Assembly: GCA_964291285.2 (NCBI GenBank) | Contig: OZ219785.1 | Location: forward strand, 928,001-992,000 | Length of the DNA: 64,000 nt | Direction of reading: 5' to 3' | Source: Alphaproteobacteria bacterium | GTDB lineage: Bacteria; Pseudomonadota; Alphaproteobacteria; Bin95 | Shown: piece by piece, positions 1-11,266 of the stretch | Position numbering within the stretch: position 1 is the first letter of the stretch | Layout: every line of letters begins with the position of its first letter | The notes under the pieces: generated by a model | What the model was told of the DNA's origin: nothing | The model's input: the letters and a program-made list of their open reading frames with translations, nothing else | The model's database searches: none | Program-made: the position numbers and the translations under genes

Positions 1-1
1 C

Positions 2-1051
2 ATGCCCCAAATCGGAAACCGGGCCCGGGCGGCGATCCTGGGTGCGAGCGGCTATACCGGCGCGGAGTTGATCCGCCTGCTGGCCCGCCATCCGCATGTC
101 GAGATTTGCACGCTCACCGCCGACCGGCGCGCGGGCGAGCCCTTCGGCGCGGTGTTCCCGCATCTGGCCGCGCTCGGCCTGCCGGACCTGGTGCGCATCG
201 AGGACGTGGATTTCGGCGCCCATGACATCGTGTTCTGCTGCCTGCCGCACGGCACGACGCAGGAGACGGTGGCGGCGCTCCCGGACCATCTGAAGGTGGT
301 GGACCTCTCGGCGGATTTCCGCCTCGCCGACATCGAAACCTACGCCGAGTGGTACGGCCATGCGCACCGGGCGCCCGAATTGCAGAAGAGCGCGGTTTAC
401 GGGCTGACCGAACTCAAGCGCGCGCAAGTGGCGCGCGCGAGGCTGGTCGCCAATCCGGGCTGCTACCCGACGAGCGCGCAGCTCCCGCTGGTGCCGCTGA
501 TCGAAGCGGGCGCGGTCGAGGCCCGCAACATCATCGTGGACGCCAAGTCCGGCGTCACCGGGGCCGGGCGGTCGTTGCGCGAGGACATCCTGTTCCCGGA
601 AGTGCAGGACGGCATCCATGCCTACGGCATCGGCCGGCACCGCCATGCCCCCGAGATCGAGCAGGGGCTCGGCGAGGCGGCGGGGGCGCCCGTCACCGTC
701 AGCTTCACCCCGCACCTGGCGCCCATGAACCGGGGCATCCTGTCCACCATCTATGTCGAGCTGGCCAATGGCGAGACGGCGGACGGGCTGCGCGAGCGGC
801 TTGCCGCGCGCTATGCGGGCGAGCCCTTCGTGCATGTGCTGCCTTCCGGCGCCCCGGCGACGCGCCATGTGCGCGGCACCAACCGCTGCGATATCGGCGT
901 GGCGGCGGACCGCGCGCCCGGCCGGGCGATCCTGGTCTCGGCCATCGACAACCTCGTCAAGGGCGCGTCCGGGCAGGCGGTGCAGAACATGAACGCCATG
1001 CAGGGCTGGGAGGAGACGACCGGGCTCGAGCTGGAAGCGATGTATCCGTGA
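2..1051 (+). CDS. argC: N-acetyl-gamma-glutamyl-phosphate reductase
   Basis: GASGYTGAEL Rossmann motif, NPGCYPT catalytic Cys, DAKSGVTGAG and DNLVKGASGQAVQNMN. Confidence 0.97.
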   Translation: MPQIGNRARAAILGASGYTGAELIRLLARHPHVEICTLTADRRAGEPFGAVFPHLAALGLPDLVRIEDVDFGAHDIVFCCLPHGTTQETVAALPDHLKVVDLSADFRLADIETYAEWYGHAHRAPELQKSAVYGLTELKRAQVARARLVANPGCYPTSAQLPLVPLIEAGAVEARNIIVDAKSGVTGAGRSLREDILFPEVQDGIHAYGIGRHRHAPEIEQGLGEAAGAPVTVSFTPHLAPMNRGILSTIYVELANGETADGLRERLAARYAGEPFVHVLPSGAPATRHVRGTNRCDIGVAADRAPGRAILVSAIDNLVKGASGQAVQNMNAMQGWEETTGLELEAMYP

Positions 1052-1593
1052 GGGGGACGGTCCTGCCCTATCGGGGCATCTGGCCGGAGCTCGCGGACGA
1101 TGTCTTCGTGGCGCCCGGCGCCGTGGTGATCGGCGATGTGGAGATCGGGGCGGGGTCCAGCGTCTGGTACAACGTCGTGGTACGCGGCGATGTCGGCCGC
1201 ATCCGCATCGGCGCGGGCACGAACATCCAGGACGGGACGGTGGTGCATGTCACCGGCGGCGCCTTCGACACCGTGATCGGCGACGAGGTGCTGGTCGGCC
1301 ACCGCTGCATGATCCACGGCTGCCGGCTGGAGGACCGCGCCTTCATCGGCATGAACGCGACGGTGCTGGACGGCTGCACGGTCGAAGGCGACGCCATGCT
1401 GGCGGCCGGCTCCCTGCTCGCGCCCGGCAAGCGCATTCCGGCCGGGGAGCTCTGGGCCGGCACGCCCGCCAAGAAGATGCGCGACCTCGCCCCGGAAGCG
1501 CTCCAAGGCTTCCGCCGCCAGGTCGCCCACTACGCCTGGAACGCCCAGGTCCACATCGAATCGCTGAAGGACATCGGTCGGACCTGTCTTTGA
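1048..1593 (+). CDS. Gamma carbonic anhydrase family protein (left-handed beta-helix)
   Basis: GTGA overlap with the argC stop; IGDVEIG, VVRGD, NIQDGTVVH and GHRCMIHGC hexapeptide repeats with Zn-binding His residues. Confidence 0.92.
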   Translation: MRGTVLPYRGIWPELADDVFVAPGAVVIGDVEIGAGSSVWYNVVVRGDVGRIRIGAGTNIQDGTVVHVTGGAFDTVIGDEVLVGHRCMIHGCRLEDRAFIGMNATVLDGCTVEGDAMLAAGSLLAPGKRIPAGELWAGTPAKKMRDLAPEALQGFRRQVAHYAWNAQVHIESLKDIGRTCL

Positions 1594-1662
1594 CCGGGGC
1601 GGATGACGCGCCTTATCGTGTGCGGGACGAAATCCCCCGGACCGGAGGAAGAGAGGCCCCCC

Positions 1663-2358
1663 ATGCCCGTTACCACGCCTGAAGTGAAGGCCGCCCTGGA
1701 GACCATCTTCGCCGGGGATTCGGAGATCTACCGGGAACGCGGCTTCCAGCGCCGCATCGGCTACGGCACCCGGCCCGCGCTGCTGGTCATCGACATGGCC
1801 AATGCCTGGACCCGGCCGGACTACCCGTTCACCTGCGACAACATGGAGGAGATCATCCCCGCCAACCGGGCCCTGCTGGCGGCGGCGCGGGAGAAGCGGA
1901 TTCCCGTCGTCTTCACCTCCACCGCCTACCGCAATCCCGCGGGCCCCCACCCGGATACGGGCCTCTGGCACCTGAAGATCCCGACGGAAATCCTCTCGGA
2001 GGGCTCCGAAGCGACCGCCATCGACGACCGCCTCGCGCCCGAACCAGGCGAGCAGGTCATCCTCAAGAAGCGGGCCAGCGCCTTCCACGGCACCTGGCTC
2101 GCCGGCTACCTCCGCGCGCAGCGGGTGGACACGGTCATCGTCACCGGCGTGACCATGGCGGGCTGCGTGCGCCACAGCGTCGAGGACGCCATCGCCGACG
2201 GGTTCCGCCCCATCGTGGTGCGCGAGGCGGTCGGCGACCGGGTGCCGGGCGCGGTGGAGTGGAACCTGTTCGACATCGACGCCAAGTTCGGCGATGTGGA
2301 GCCGCTGGAGGCCGTGCTCGCCTATCTGAACGACCTGCCGGCGCTGGCCAACGACTAG
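1663..2358 (+). CDS. Isochorismatase/cysteine hydrolase family (N-carbamoylsarcosine amidase or maleamate amidohydrolase-like)
   Basis: ALLVID, KKRASAF and GVTMAGCVRHS give the Asp-Lys-Cys triad; GAGG RBS before ATG 1663. Confidence 0.88.
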   Translation: MPVTTPEVKAALETIFAGDSEIYRERGFQRRIGYGTRPALLVIDMANAWTRPDYPFTCDNMEEIIPANRALLAAAREKRIPVVFTSTAYRNPAGPHPDTGLWHLKIPTEILSEGSEATAIDDRLAPEPGEQVILKKRASAFHGTWLAGYLRAQRVDTVIVTGVTMAGCVRHSVEDAIADGFRPIVVREAVGDRVPGAVEWNLFDIDAKFGDVEPLEAVLAYLNDLPALAND

Positions 2359-2380
2359 GCCGGGCGGGCGAGGGGCTGCG

Positions 2381-3918
<1,538 letters not shown>

Positions 3919-3943
3919 TGCGCCCGGCGGAGGGCGGAGTGCG

Positions 3944-4450
3944 ATGAAGACGCTGCTGCTGCTCCGCCACGCCAAGGCGGGCATCGGCGCGCCGGACCGC
4001 GACCGGGGACTGACCGGAAGGGGCCGGCGCCAGTCCGCCGCGGCCGGGCGTTATCTCGCCGCCGAGGGCCTCCTGCCCGACTTCGTCATCTGCTCGGACG
4101 CAAGGCGCACGCGCGAGACGCTGGACGGGCTCGCGCTCGGGGACGGCCCGGCGGTGCAGTTCACGCCCGCGCTCTATGACGGCCATGTGCCGGAATTGCT
4201 GGACCTCGTTCGCGGGATCGAAGACGCCGGCGTCTCGCGGGTTCTGGTGGTCGGCCACAATCCGACGATCTCCGAGGCGGGCCGCTGGCTCGCGCGCGAG
4301 GGCGAACCGGCGGCGCTCTCCCGGCTCGGGCTCGGCATGCCGACCTCCGGGCTCGCCGTGCTGAAATTCGAGGCCGCGGACTGGAACGCGGTCGGCGCGG
4401 GCACGCTCACCCGGCTGCTGCGCCCGGCGGATTATCCCAGGGCGGATTGA
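3944..4450 (+). CDS. sixA: SixA-like histidine phosphatase
   Basis: LLRHAKA, DRGLTGRG, SDARRTRET and VVGHNP motifs. Confidence 0.85.
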   Translation: MKTLLLLRHAKAGIGAPDRDRGLTGRGRRQSAAAGRYLAAEGLLPDFVICSDARRTRETLDGLALGDGPAVQFTPALYDGHVPELLDLVRGIEDAGVSRVLVVGHNPTISEAGRWLAREGEPAALSRLGLGMPTSGLAVLKFEAADWNAVGAGTLTRLLRPADYPRAD

Positions 4451-4548
4451 GCCGGCGGTTCGGCGCGCCGCCGCCCCCGCCGCGGCCCCTATCGCGCCTC
4501 TCGGAAAGCCTCTAAGGTCGCTCTGCTGTAAACCGAGGGAGGCTCTAC

Positions 4549-5673
4549 ATGCTCATCCGCACTGCACTCACCGGCCTTGCCGCTGCGGCGCTTGCCACGG
4601 CCGGCATTCTGCCCGCCGCAGCGGCGCCGGATCCCGTCAAGATCCGCATCGCGTCCGACCACACGCCGCCGCCGCACCCGGCCGCGCTCGCGGAAATCCT
4701 GTTCCAGGAACGCCTGGCGGAGGAAATCCCGGGCTCCGAGGTGCTGCTCTTCCCGGCCAAGGCGCTCTATTCGGTGCCGGAAGCCGTCGAGGCGATGACC
4801 GAAGGCAATCTGGAGATGACCTGGGGCCAGTTCGGCAAGACCGCCCAGATCGATCCCTTCATGGCCGTGGTGGTGGGCCCGATGCTGCTGACCACGCCCG
4901 GGGCCATCGACGCCATTGAGGGCTTCGACACCTACAAGATGCTGGTGAAGCGCTTCGAGGAACTGCACGACATCAAGGTCTTCGGCCACGCCCATCTCAG
5001 CTTCTACATGGGCGCGGGCTCGGGCTCCCGCCTGCTGAAGCCGGAAGATTTCGCCGGGCGCAAGATCCGCTCCATGAGCCCGGTCGAGAACGCCGCGCTG
5101 TCGGCCTGGGGCGCGAACCCGACCACCATGGCCTTCGGCGACGTGCCGCCGGCGCTCGAAACCGGCGTCATCGACGGCCTGCTGACCAGCCTCGGCGGCT
5201 TCAACGTCGTCAAGGACCAGGCGCCCTTCTTCACCGTTGCCGGCATCAACGGCATCGTCGGCGACTATTACTGGATCGGCGCCAGCATGAGCTGGTGGAA
5301 CTCGCTCGATTCGGAGCAGCAGGCGATCATCGAGAGGCTGATCGTCGAGGAGATGCTGCCGTTCGCCAAGAAAGCCAACTGGTGCAACGACAAGCGCATG
5401 ATCGACAAATACGGCACCGAAGATCCGTCCAAGCCCGGCATCTACATCATGACCGCCGACGAGGCGGGCGTGCTGGCCGACGCGCTCGGCACGGGCACGG
5501 CGGACCACATCAAGAAGAGCACGCCGGGCGGCGCCGACGAGTGGGTGGACCGCTTCGCCGAGGAGGCGAAGATGGCGGTCGCGGACAACCCGATGGGCTC
5601 GCACTGGCTCGAGGACACCGACTGCTCCGAGATCGAGCCCTGGTTCGAGCGCTTCGCCAAGAAGAAGAAATAG
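4549..5673 (+). CDS. dctP: TRAP transporter substrate-binding protein
   Basis: Signal peptide, DFAGRKIRS, WGANPTTMAFGDV, LETGVIDG; precedes dctQM. Confidence 0.92.
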   Translation: MLIRTALTGLAAAALATAGILPAAAAPDPVKIRIASDHTPPPHPAALAEILFQERLAEEIPGSEVLLFPAKALYSVPEAVEAMTEGNLEMTWGQFGKTAQIDPFMAVVVGPMLLTTPGAIDAIEGFDTYKMLVKRFEELHDIKVFGHAHLSFYMGAGSGSRLLKPEDFAGRKIRSMSPVENAALSAWGANPTTMAFGDVPPALETGVIDGLLTSLGGFNVVKDQAPFFTVAGINGIVGDYYWIGASMSWWNSLDSEQQAIIERLIVEEMLPFAKKANWCNDKRMIDKYGTEDPSKPGIYIMTADEAGVLADALGTGTADHIKKSTPGGADEWVDRFAEEAKMAVADNPMGSHWLEDTDCSEIEPWFERFAKKKK

Positions 5674-5684
5674 CTGAACCGTCG

Positions 5685-5713
5685 CTGCGGGGGGCCGCCC
5701 GGGCCCCCCGCAG
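5685..5713 (+). terminator. Intergenic stem-loop after dctP (terminator or mRNA-stabilising)
   Basis: Perfect 12-bp stem CTGCGGGGGGCC/GGCCCCCCGCAG followed by TCCCTTT. Confidence 0.6.
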
Positions 5714-5746
5714 TCCCTTTGCCCGCGTGAGCTGGAGGCGGCCCGG

Positions 5747-6343
5747 ATGAACGGGAGTTCCCCCGAGACGACCGAGCCTGCCGGCGTCGAGCTGGCGATA
5801 GACCGCGCCTACCGCGCGCTGCATTTCCTGCTCGACAGGGTCGTGGCCCGCATAGCCGCCGTCATCCTGCTTTGCGGCACGCTGCTCGCCTGCATCGAGA
5901 TCGTGCGCCGCTACATCCTGGGGGTGGTGTTCGACTGGGGACAGGACGCGGTCACCTACGTCTCCATCGCGGCGGTCTTCATCTATTTCGCCGTCACGCA
6001 GGCCTCGCGCTCGCATCTGGCCGTGCTGGCGCTGCTGGACCTGCTGCGCAGCCGGGGCTATGTCCGCACCGTGCTGGCCATCCGGGTCTTCGTGTCCGGC
6101 GTCTCGCTCACCCTGTTCACGGCGCTGGCCTACTGGGGCCTGCCGGCAGTGGAACGCGCCGAACAGCTCGGCCGCACCACCCAGAGCATGGTGATCCTGA
6201 TCTGGCCGTTCCAGGCCTGCCTTGTCATCGCGTTTGCGCTGATGGCCCTCGTCACGCTCTTCCACCTCTACCAGGACGTGCAGGCGCTGCGCGGCAGGAC
6301 CGTGTTCCCCTGGGCCCCGGTCGAAGAAGGGATCGAGATCTGA
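5747..6343 (+). CDS. dctQ: TRAP transporter small permease
   Basis: Four TM segments, VRRYILG...WGQD and SHLAV; lies between dctP and dctM. Confidence 0.88.
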   Translation: MNGSSPETTEPAGVELAIDRAYRALHFLLDRVVARIAAVILLCGTLLACIEIVRRYILGVVFDWGQDAVTYVSIAAVFIYFAVTQASRSHLAVLALLDLLRSRGYVRTVLAIRVFVSGVSLTLFTALAYWGLPAVERAEQLGRTTQSMVILIWPFQACLVIAFALMALVTLFHLYQDVQALRGRTVFPWAPVEEGIEI

Positions 6344-6344
6344 C

Positions 6345-7628
6345 ATGGGCGCGCTCGGCACAGGCCTGATTACGCTGCTCGCGCTGGGCGCGCCCATCGG
6401 CGTGGCGCTCGGCGGGGCGGCGGTCGCCTTCATCCTCTACGACCCGGTGCTGTCGGCGAACACCGCCTTCCGCGCCTTCTTCAGCTTTGTCAACAAATAC
6501 ACCCTCATGGCGATCCCGTTCTTCATCTATGCGGGCTTCCTCATGGAGCGCACGGGGCTGATCTCCAAGCTGTTCAAGTTCGCCGACGCCATCATCGGCT
6601 GGCTGCCGGGCGGCTTCGCCTACGCCACCCTGATCGCGGCCGTGCTGTTCGGCGCCATTTCCGGCTCCAGCACCGCCATGGCGGCGGCGATGGGCGTCAT
6701 CGCCTATCCGGAGATGATCCGGCGCGGCTACCCCGTGTGGATGGCGGCGGGCGTCATCGCCTGCGGCGGCGGCATCGCCATCCTGATCCCGCCTTCGATC
6801 ACCCTCATCCTCTTCGGCATCATCACCGAGGAGTCGATCGTCAAGCTGTTCTTCGCCGGCTTCGTGCCCGGCATCATGCTGGCGATCTCGGATGCGGTCA
6901 TCATCGTCTTCATCGCCTGGAAGCTGAAGCTGCCCGCCGGCGAGTTCCGCTTCGACAACCTCTGGCATTCCACCGTCGAGGCGCTGCCGGCCATCCTGAT
7001 GCCGGTCTTCGTGCTGGGCGGGCTCTATGGCGGCGTGTTCACGCCGACGGAGGCGGGCGCGGCGTCCTGCGCCTATGCGCTGATCTACGGCCTGGCGGCC
7101 CGGCGCGGCGCGTTCCTGCGCGAACTGCTGCCGACGACCATGCGCGCGGCCAACCTCACCGCCATCGTCTTCTTCCTGCTGGGCTGCGTCGGCGTCTTCC
7201 AGTTCCTGCTCGCCAACAAGGGCTGGCCGCAGGATGTCGCCAACTGGGTGGGGATGCAGGGCCTCTCCGCCATGGGCTTCCTCATCGTGCTACTGGCCGT
7301 GCTGCTGGTCCTGTCCATGTTCCTGACGGGCGTGGCGATCCTGGCGCTGACGGTGCCGATCATCTATCCCGTCTCGCTGACGCTCGGGATCGACCCGATC
7401 CATCTCGGCATATTGTTCGCGCTGGCGGTGGAGATGGGTGGCGTGATCCCGCCGGTCGGCCTCAACCTGTTCGCTGTGAGCGGCACGACCGGGGTGCCGG
7501 TGACAAGGGTGATGAAGGGCGCGATCCCGTTCCTGTGTACGGACGGGATTGTACTCGTCCTCGTGCTGCTCTTCCCCATCCTCGCCCTCTGGCTCCCCAA
7601 CTCCATCGTCCAGTCCGTGTTCAACTAG
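6345..7628 (+). CDS. dctM: TRAP transporter large permease
   Basis: AIPFF, GAISGSSTA, LIPPSI, FTPTEA and PPVGLNLF motifs. Confidence 0.95.
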   Translation: MGALGTGLITLLALGAPIGVALGGAAVAFILYDPVLSANTAFRAFFSFVNKYTLMAIPFFIYAGFLMERTGLISKLFKFADAIIGWLPGGFAYATLIAAVLFGAISGSSTAMAAAMGVIAYPEMIRRGYPVWMAAGVIACGGGIAILIPPSITLILFGIITEESIVKLFFAGFVPGIMLAISDAVIIVFIAWKLKLPAGEFRFDNLWHSTVEALPAILMPVFVLGGLYGGVFTPTEAGAASCAYALIYGLAARRGAFLRELLPTTMRAANLTAIVFFLLGCVGVFQFLLANKGWPQDVANWVGMQGLSAMGFLIVLLAVLLVLSMFLTGVAILALTVPIIYPVSLTLGIDPIHLGILFALAVEMGGVIPPVGLNLFAVSGTTGVPVTRVMKGAIPFLCTDGIVLVLVLLFPILALWLPNSIVQSVFN

Positions 7629-7663
7629 CGCACGCGCTGCGCCCGAAGTCGGAGGGCCGCACC

Positions 7664-8104
7664 ATGTCCGGGCCCGGAAACGAAGCCTCCGCCACCCATC
7701 ACGCCCCCGTCGTGCGGCGGCCGGCGGACCATCCGGGGCACCGGGGCCGGTTCGCCAATGTGACGCGGATGGTCTTCCACCCGACGCCCGACAGCCCGAA
7801 CACGCCCAATGCCGGCCTCGTCACCTATGAGCCGGGGGCGGGCTTCCCGCTGCACAGGCACGATTTCGCCCAGCTCTGGTATGTGGCCGAGGGCGAGTGC
7901 CGCTTCGGCGACCGGACGCTCGCCGCCGGCGACATGGTCTATATGGAAGACCCGCATTTCGAGCACGAGATGCACACCGAGACGGGGTGCACCATCGTCT
8001 TCATGCAATATCCCGGCCCCACAACGGGCGCCCGCCCCGTCTATGAAGGCCGCTTCGACGGCAGGGAAGCCGCCGAGGGCAGGGAGCCAGACCTGGAGCG
8101 GTGA
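7664..8104 (+). CDS. Cupin domain protein
   Basis: GGAGG RBS; GAGFPLHRHDFAQLWYVAEGE and GDMVYMEDPHFEH cupin motifs. Confidence 0.85.
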   Translation: MSGPGNEASATHHAPVVRRPADHPGHRGRFANVTRMVFHPTPDSPNTPNAGLVTYEPGAGFPLHRHDFAQLWYVAEGECRFGDRTLAAGDMVYMEDPHFEHEMHTETGCTIVFMQYPGPTTGARPVYEGRFDGREAAEGREPDLER

Positions 8105-8114
8105 GAGGCTCTGC

Positions 8115-8899
8115 CTAGGTCCTGTGGACGGATTTGATCAAGATGAAGGCAGCGGCGAGTGCGACGAAGGAGCTGAAGTTTGTGGCGGTCTTTTCGCAGC
8201 GCAGGGCGATGCGTTTGAAGCGTTTGAGCTTGCCGACGGCCTGTTCGATGCGCGCCCGTCCTCTGTAGAGCGCGCTTGCGAAGCGCTTTGGCCTGTTTTT
8301 GATGTTCTTCCGGTAGGGAATGACGGTCAGGGCGCCTCTTTTCCGGGCGAGTTGGCGGTTTCCGGCGCTGTCATAGCCCTTGTCGGCGACGATGGCGCGG
8401 GGCCGGACATCGGGGCCGATGTCCATCAGGGTCTCGAAATGCGGACTGTCGGCTGCCTCGCCGCCGGTCAGGTCGAAGGCGATCGGCAGGCCGTCGAAAT
8501 CGGTCTTCAGGTGGATTTTGGTGCTGAAACCGCCCCGCGAGCGTCCAAGCGCCTGACCCTGCTGCCCCCTTTTGCGCCGGCCGCCGATACATGCGCGCGG
8601 GTCACGGTCGAATCGAACATCTGAACCAGGTGCGCCGTGCTGCTCAAATCCGCCAGCGTGGCGAAAAAGTCCTCGAACACCCCTGAACGGCTCAGACGGT
8701 GAAAACGCCGCCATACCGTATTCCAGTGCCCGAACCGCTCCGGCAGCGCCCGCCAGGTGATGTTGTGAACCGCAAAGAAGTGCAGCGCCTCCAGAAACAG
8801 ACGGTCGTCCTTCGCCTTCGCACCCCGCCTCGGAAGGCAAAGCCGGAAAACCTCCAGCGCAACCTCCCAGTCTCCATTCGTCATCTTCGTCGACATCAA
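8115..8899 (-). CDS. IS5-family transposase, two ORFs joined by a probable -1 frameshift
   Basis: orfA (WRALPERFGHWNTVWRRF...MFDST) and orfB (GRSRGGFSTKIH, ADKGYD, YRGRARIEQ) overlap at the slippery AAAAGGGGG near 8565-8573. Confidence 0.88.
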
Positions 8900-8992
8900 C
8901 GAAACCCCCGAATCGCCGACGCCTCATGATTCAGACAAATCCTCGCACGGGAATCCCTGAACACGCTCCTGAGTCAATACGTCCACAGGGCC
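8118..8992 (-). mobile_element. IS5-family insertion sequence (IS427-like)
   Basis: Terminal inverted repeats GGTCCTGTGGACG / GGCCCTGTGGACG flanked by a TA duplication at 8116-8117 and 8993-8994. Confidence 0.92.
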
Positions 8993-9049
8993 TAATCCTG
9001 CTTCTTTGCCTTTACTACACTTCTAACCGCAGACAGAAACACTTGACTA

Positions 9050-10837
9050 ATGAATGAACTCCAGCATTTTGTCGAGGTCGACTTTCACCGCTTCAAATCG
9101 TTTCTCCGTTTCACGATCCGACTAAATCGCTTCAACATTCTGGTTGGGCCAAATAATGCCGGGAAATCCACTGTTCTGGCTGCTTTTCGAATTCTCGCAG
9201 CTGCGATGCGGAGAGCGAATACCCGTAAACCTCATCTAGTCGCCGGTCCTAATGGACCCACATACGGCTACTCCATTGATTTGCGATCAGCGTCTGTATC
9301 CGAAGAAAATCTGTTTTATAACTACAATGATTCCGAGCCCGCGATGGTCGTCTTTAAACTATCCAATCAAAATAGATTAGTTTTGTTTTTCCCGGAACAT
9401 GGCGCTTGTAATCTTTTTGCTGAATCTTCTAGATGGGCAGTTATGTCGCCAGCCGATTTTCGCAGGCATTTTAACTGTCCCATCGGCTTTGTTCCCATTC
9501 TAGGTCCGGTTGACCATGTTGAATACTTCCATGAAAAGGAGGCCGCTCGACTGGCCTTATTCTCATATGGAGCGGCTCGAAACTTTCGGAATATATGGTA
9601 CCACTATCCTGAAAAATTTGACTTATTTCGTACTTCTCTGAGCCAAACTTGGCCGGGGATGGATATTCAACTGCCGGAGATAGTTCCTCCCGCTTATCAA
9701 CGAAAACCGACTCTAACAATGTTTTGCCCAGAAGAACGAATTCCAAGAGAGATATCATGGAGTGGCTTTGGATTCCAAGTGTGGTGTCAAATGCTTACTC
9801 ATATGATTCAGTCAAACAATATGGCACTCTTTATGATCGATGAGCCTGATATATATCTACACTCAGATCTCCAACGGCAACTGTTGGGATTATTGCGTGA
9901 CTTGGGGCCAGATATATTGATAGCTACGCACTCAACGGAAATTATAACAGAAGCAGAGGCTGATGATATAATCTTGGTAGACAAGAAGCAAAAATTGGCT
10001 CGTAGAATCAAGAGCTCAAGTCAGCTAGGAGAGGTGTTCACGATTCTTGGGTCAACACTTAACCCAGTCTTGACTCAATTGGCTAAAACTAGGCGTGCAC
10101 TATTCGTGGAGGGCGGAGATTTTCATCTGGTTGGATTGTTCGCCAGGAAGCTGAAAACGCAAATAGTCGCCAATAGGAGTGAATTTGCCGTAGTGCCCGT
10201 TGGTGGATTCAATCCCGAACGAATTCGAAGCTTAAAGGAAGGAATGGAGGCAATGCTGGGCGGAAAAATATTGGCTGCGGCAATACTGGACGGAGATTTT
10301 CGGGGAGAGGAGGAGAAGCATAGAATTATCACTTCCTTGCAAAAATTTTGCGATTATGTGACTGTTCACAGGCGGAAGGAGATCGAGAATTTCTTGCTAG
10401 TACCATCAGCTTTAGATCGCGCTGCCGAACGAAGACTTAAGGATCGGAATCGGAGGACCGGGGAAAAGAGGCAATACTCATATATCGCAGAGTCAGTTCT
10501 TGAGGAATTTTGTGCCGACGCACGAAGTGGCGTCCTAGCGCAGCATATAGCCTTTCGGAAGAGACATGAAAGGGCCCTGTCATCGGGGCTCGATGAGGCG
10601 ACAGTTAATCAAAGAGTGCTGGAGGAGTTTGATGCATCTTGGGGGGAAATGAGTTCACGCTTGGAGGTGGTGCCGGGAAAGGAAGCATTGGCGCAATTTA
10701 ATCAACAATTGCAGGAAAGGTACGGCGTTAGCATAACCCCCACCGCGATCGTCGAGGCGGTGTTGACCGAGGAGGTTCCGCGGGAGATGCGGGAGTTGGT
10801 GTCGGGGTTGGCGATATTTGCGCAGCGGAGTGTGTAA
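9050..10837 (+). CDS. OLD-family-like ABC ATPase + TOPRIM nuclease (putative defence gene)
   Basis: Walker A GPNNAGKST, signature SGFGFQ, Walker B IDEPDIYLH, H-loop ATHS, TOPRIM FVEG...ILDGD, EIENFL; GC far below the flanks. Confidence 0.85.
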   Translation: MNELQHFVEVDFHRFKSFLRFTIRLNRFNILVGPNNAGKSTVLAAFRILAAAMRRANTRKPHLVAGPNGPTYGYSIDLRSASVSEENLFYNYNDSEPAMVVFKLSNQNRLVLFFPEHGACNLFAESSRWAVMSPADFRRHFNCPIGFVPILGPVDHVEYFHEKEAARLALFSYGAARNFRNIWYHYPEKFDLFRTSLSQTWPGMDIQLPEIVPPAYQRKPTLTMFCPEERIPREISWSGFGFQVWCQMLTHMIQSNNMALFMIDEPDIYLHSDLQRQLLGLLRDLGPDILIATHSTEIITEAEADDIILVDKKQKLARRIKSSSQLGEVFTILGSTLNPVLTQLAKTRRALFVEGGDFHLVGLFARKLKTQIVANRSEFAVVPVGGFNPERIRSLKEGMEAMLGGKILAAAILDGDFRGEEEKHRIITSLQKFCDYVTVHRRKEIENFLLVPSALDRAAERRLKDRNRRTGEKRQYSYIAESVLEEFCADARSGVLAQHIAFRKRHERALSSGLDEATVNQRVLEEFDASWGEMSSRLEVVPGKEALAQFNQQLQERYGVSITPTAIVEAVLTEEVPREMRELVSGLAIFAQRSV

Positions 10838-11094
10838 CCCAAAGGGACGACGACGAGGTCTACGGGGGTCAGGGTCGTAAATTGGTATCCGGGGCTCTCA
10901 GGAGGGAAACCTCGGGGATGGACGGGAATACCAAACCGGCTTGAAATGGAGATGCTTGTCGATTGCGGCACAAACTGCGTGTACAGAAGTAAAGAGAGTG
11001 GTCGCCTTCTGAAATCGGGCCGGCCGGTCTGCGGACTTGGCGGTCTGCGATGGCTACCGGCGGCCTGATGGCTGTCTGACACCAAACTCCCGGC

Positions 11095-11236
11095 CACGCC
11101 CTGTCGTCCGGCGGCCGACGGACTATCCAGGGCACCGGGGTCGGTTCGCCAATGTGGCGCGGATGGTCTTCCATCCGACGCCGGAGCACCCGAACACGCC
11201 GAAGGCCGGCCTCGTCACCTATGAGCCGGGGGCGGG
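11095..11236 (+). pseudogene. Diverged partial copy of the cupin gene (direct repeat of 7700-7842)
   Basis: Reads VVRRPTDYPGHRGRFANVARMVFHPTPEHPNTPKAGLVTYEPGAG; last 32 bp identical to 7811-7842; no start codon and no 3' half. Confidence 0.9.
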
Positions 11237-11266
11237 AGGCCGGTCCTTCCGGTTTCTGCGGAACTG

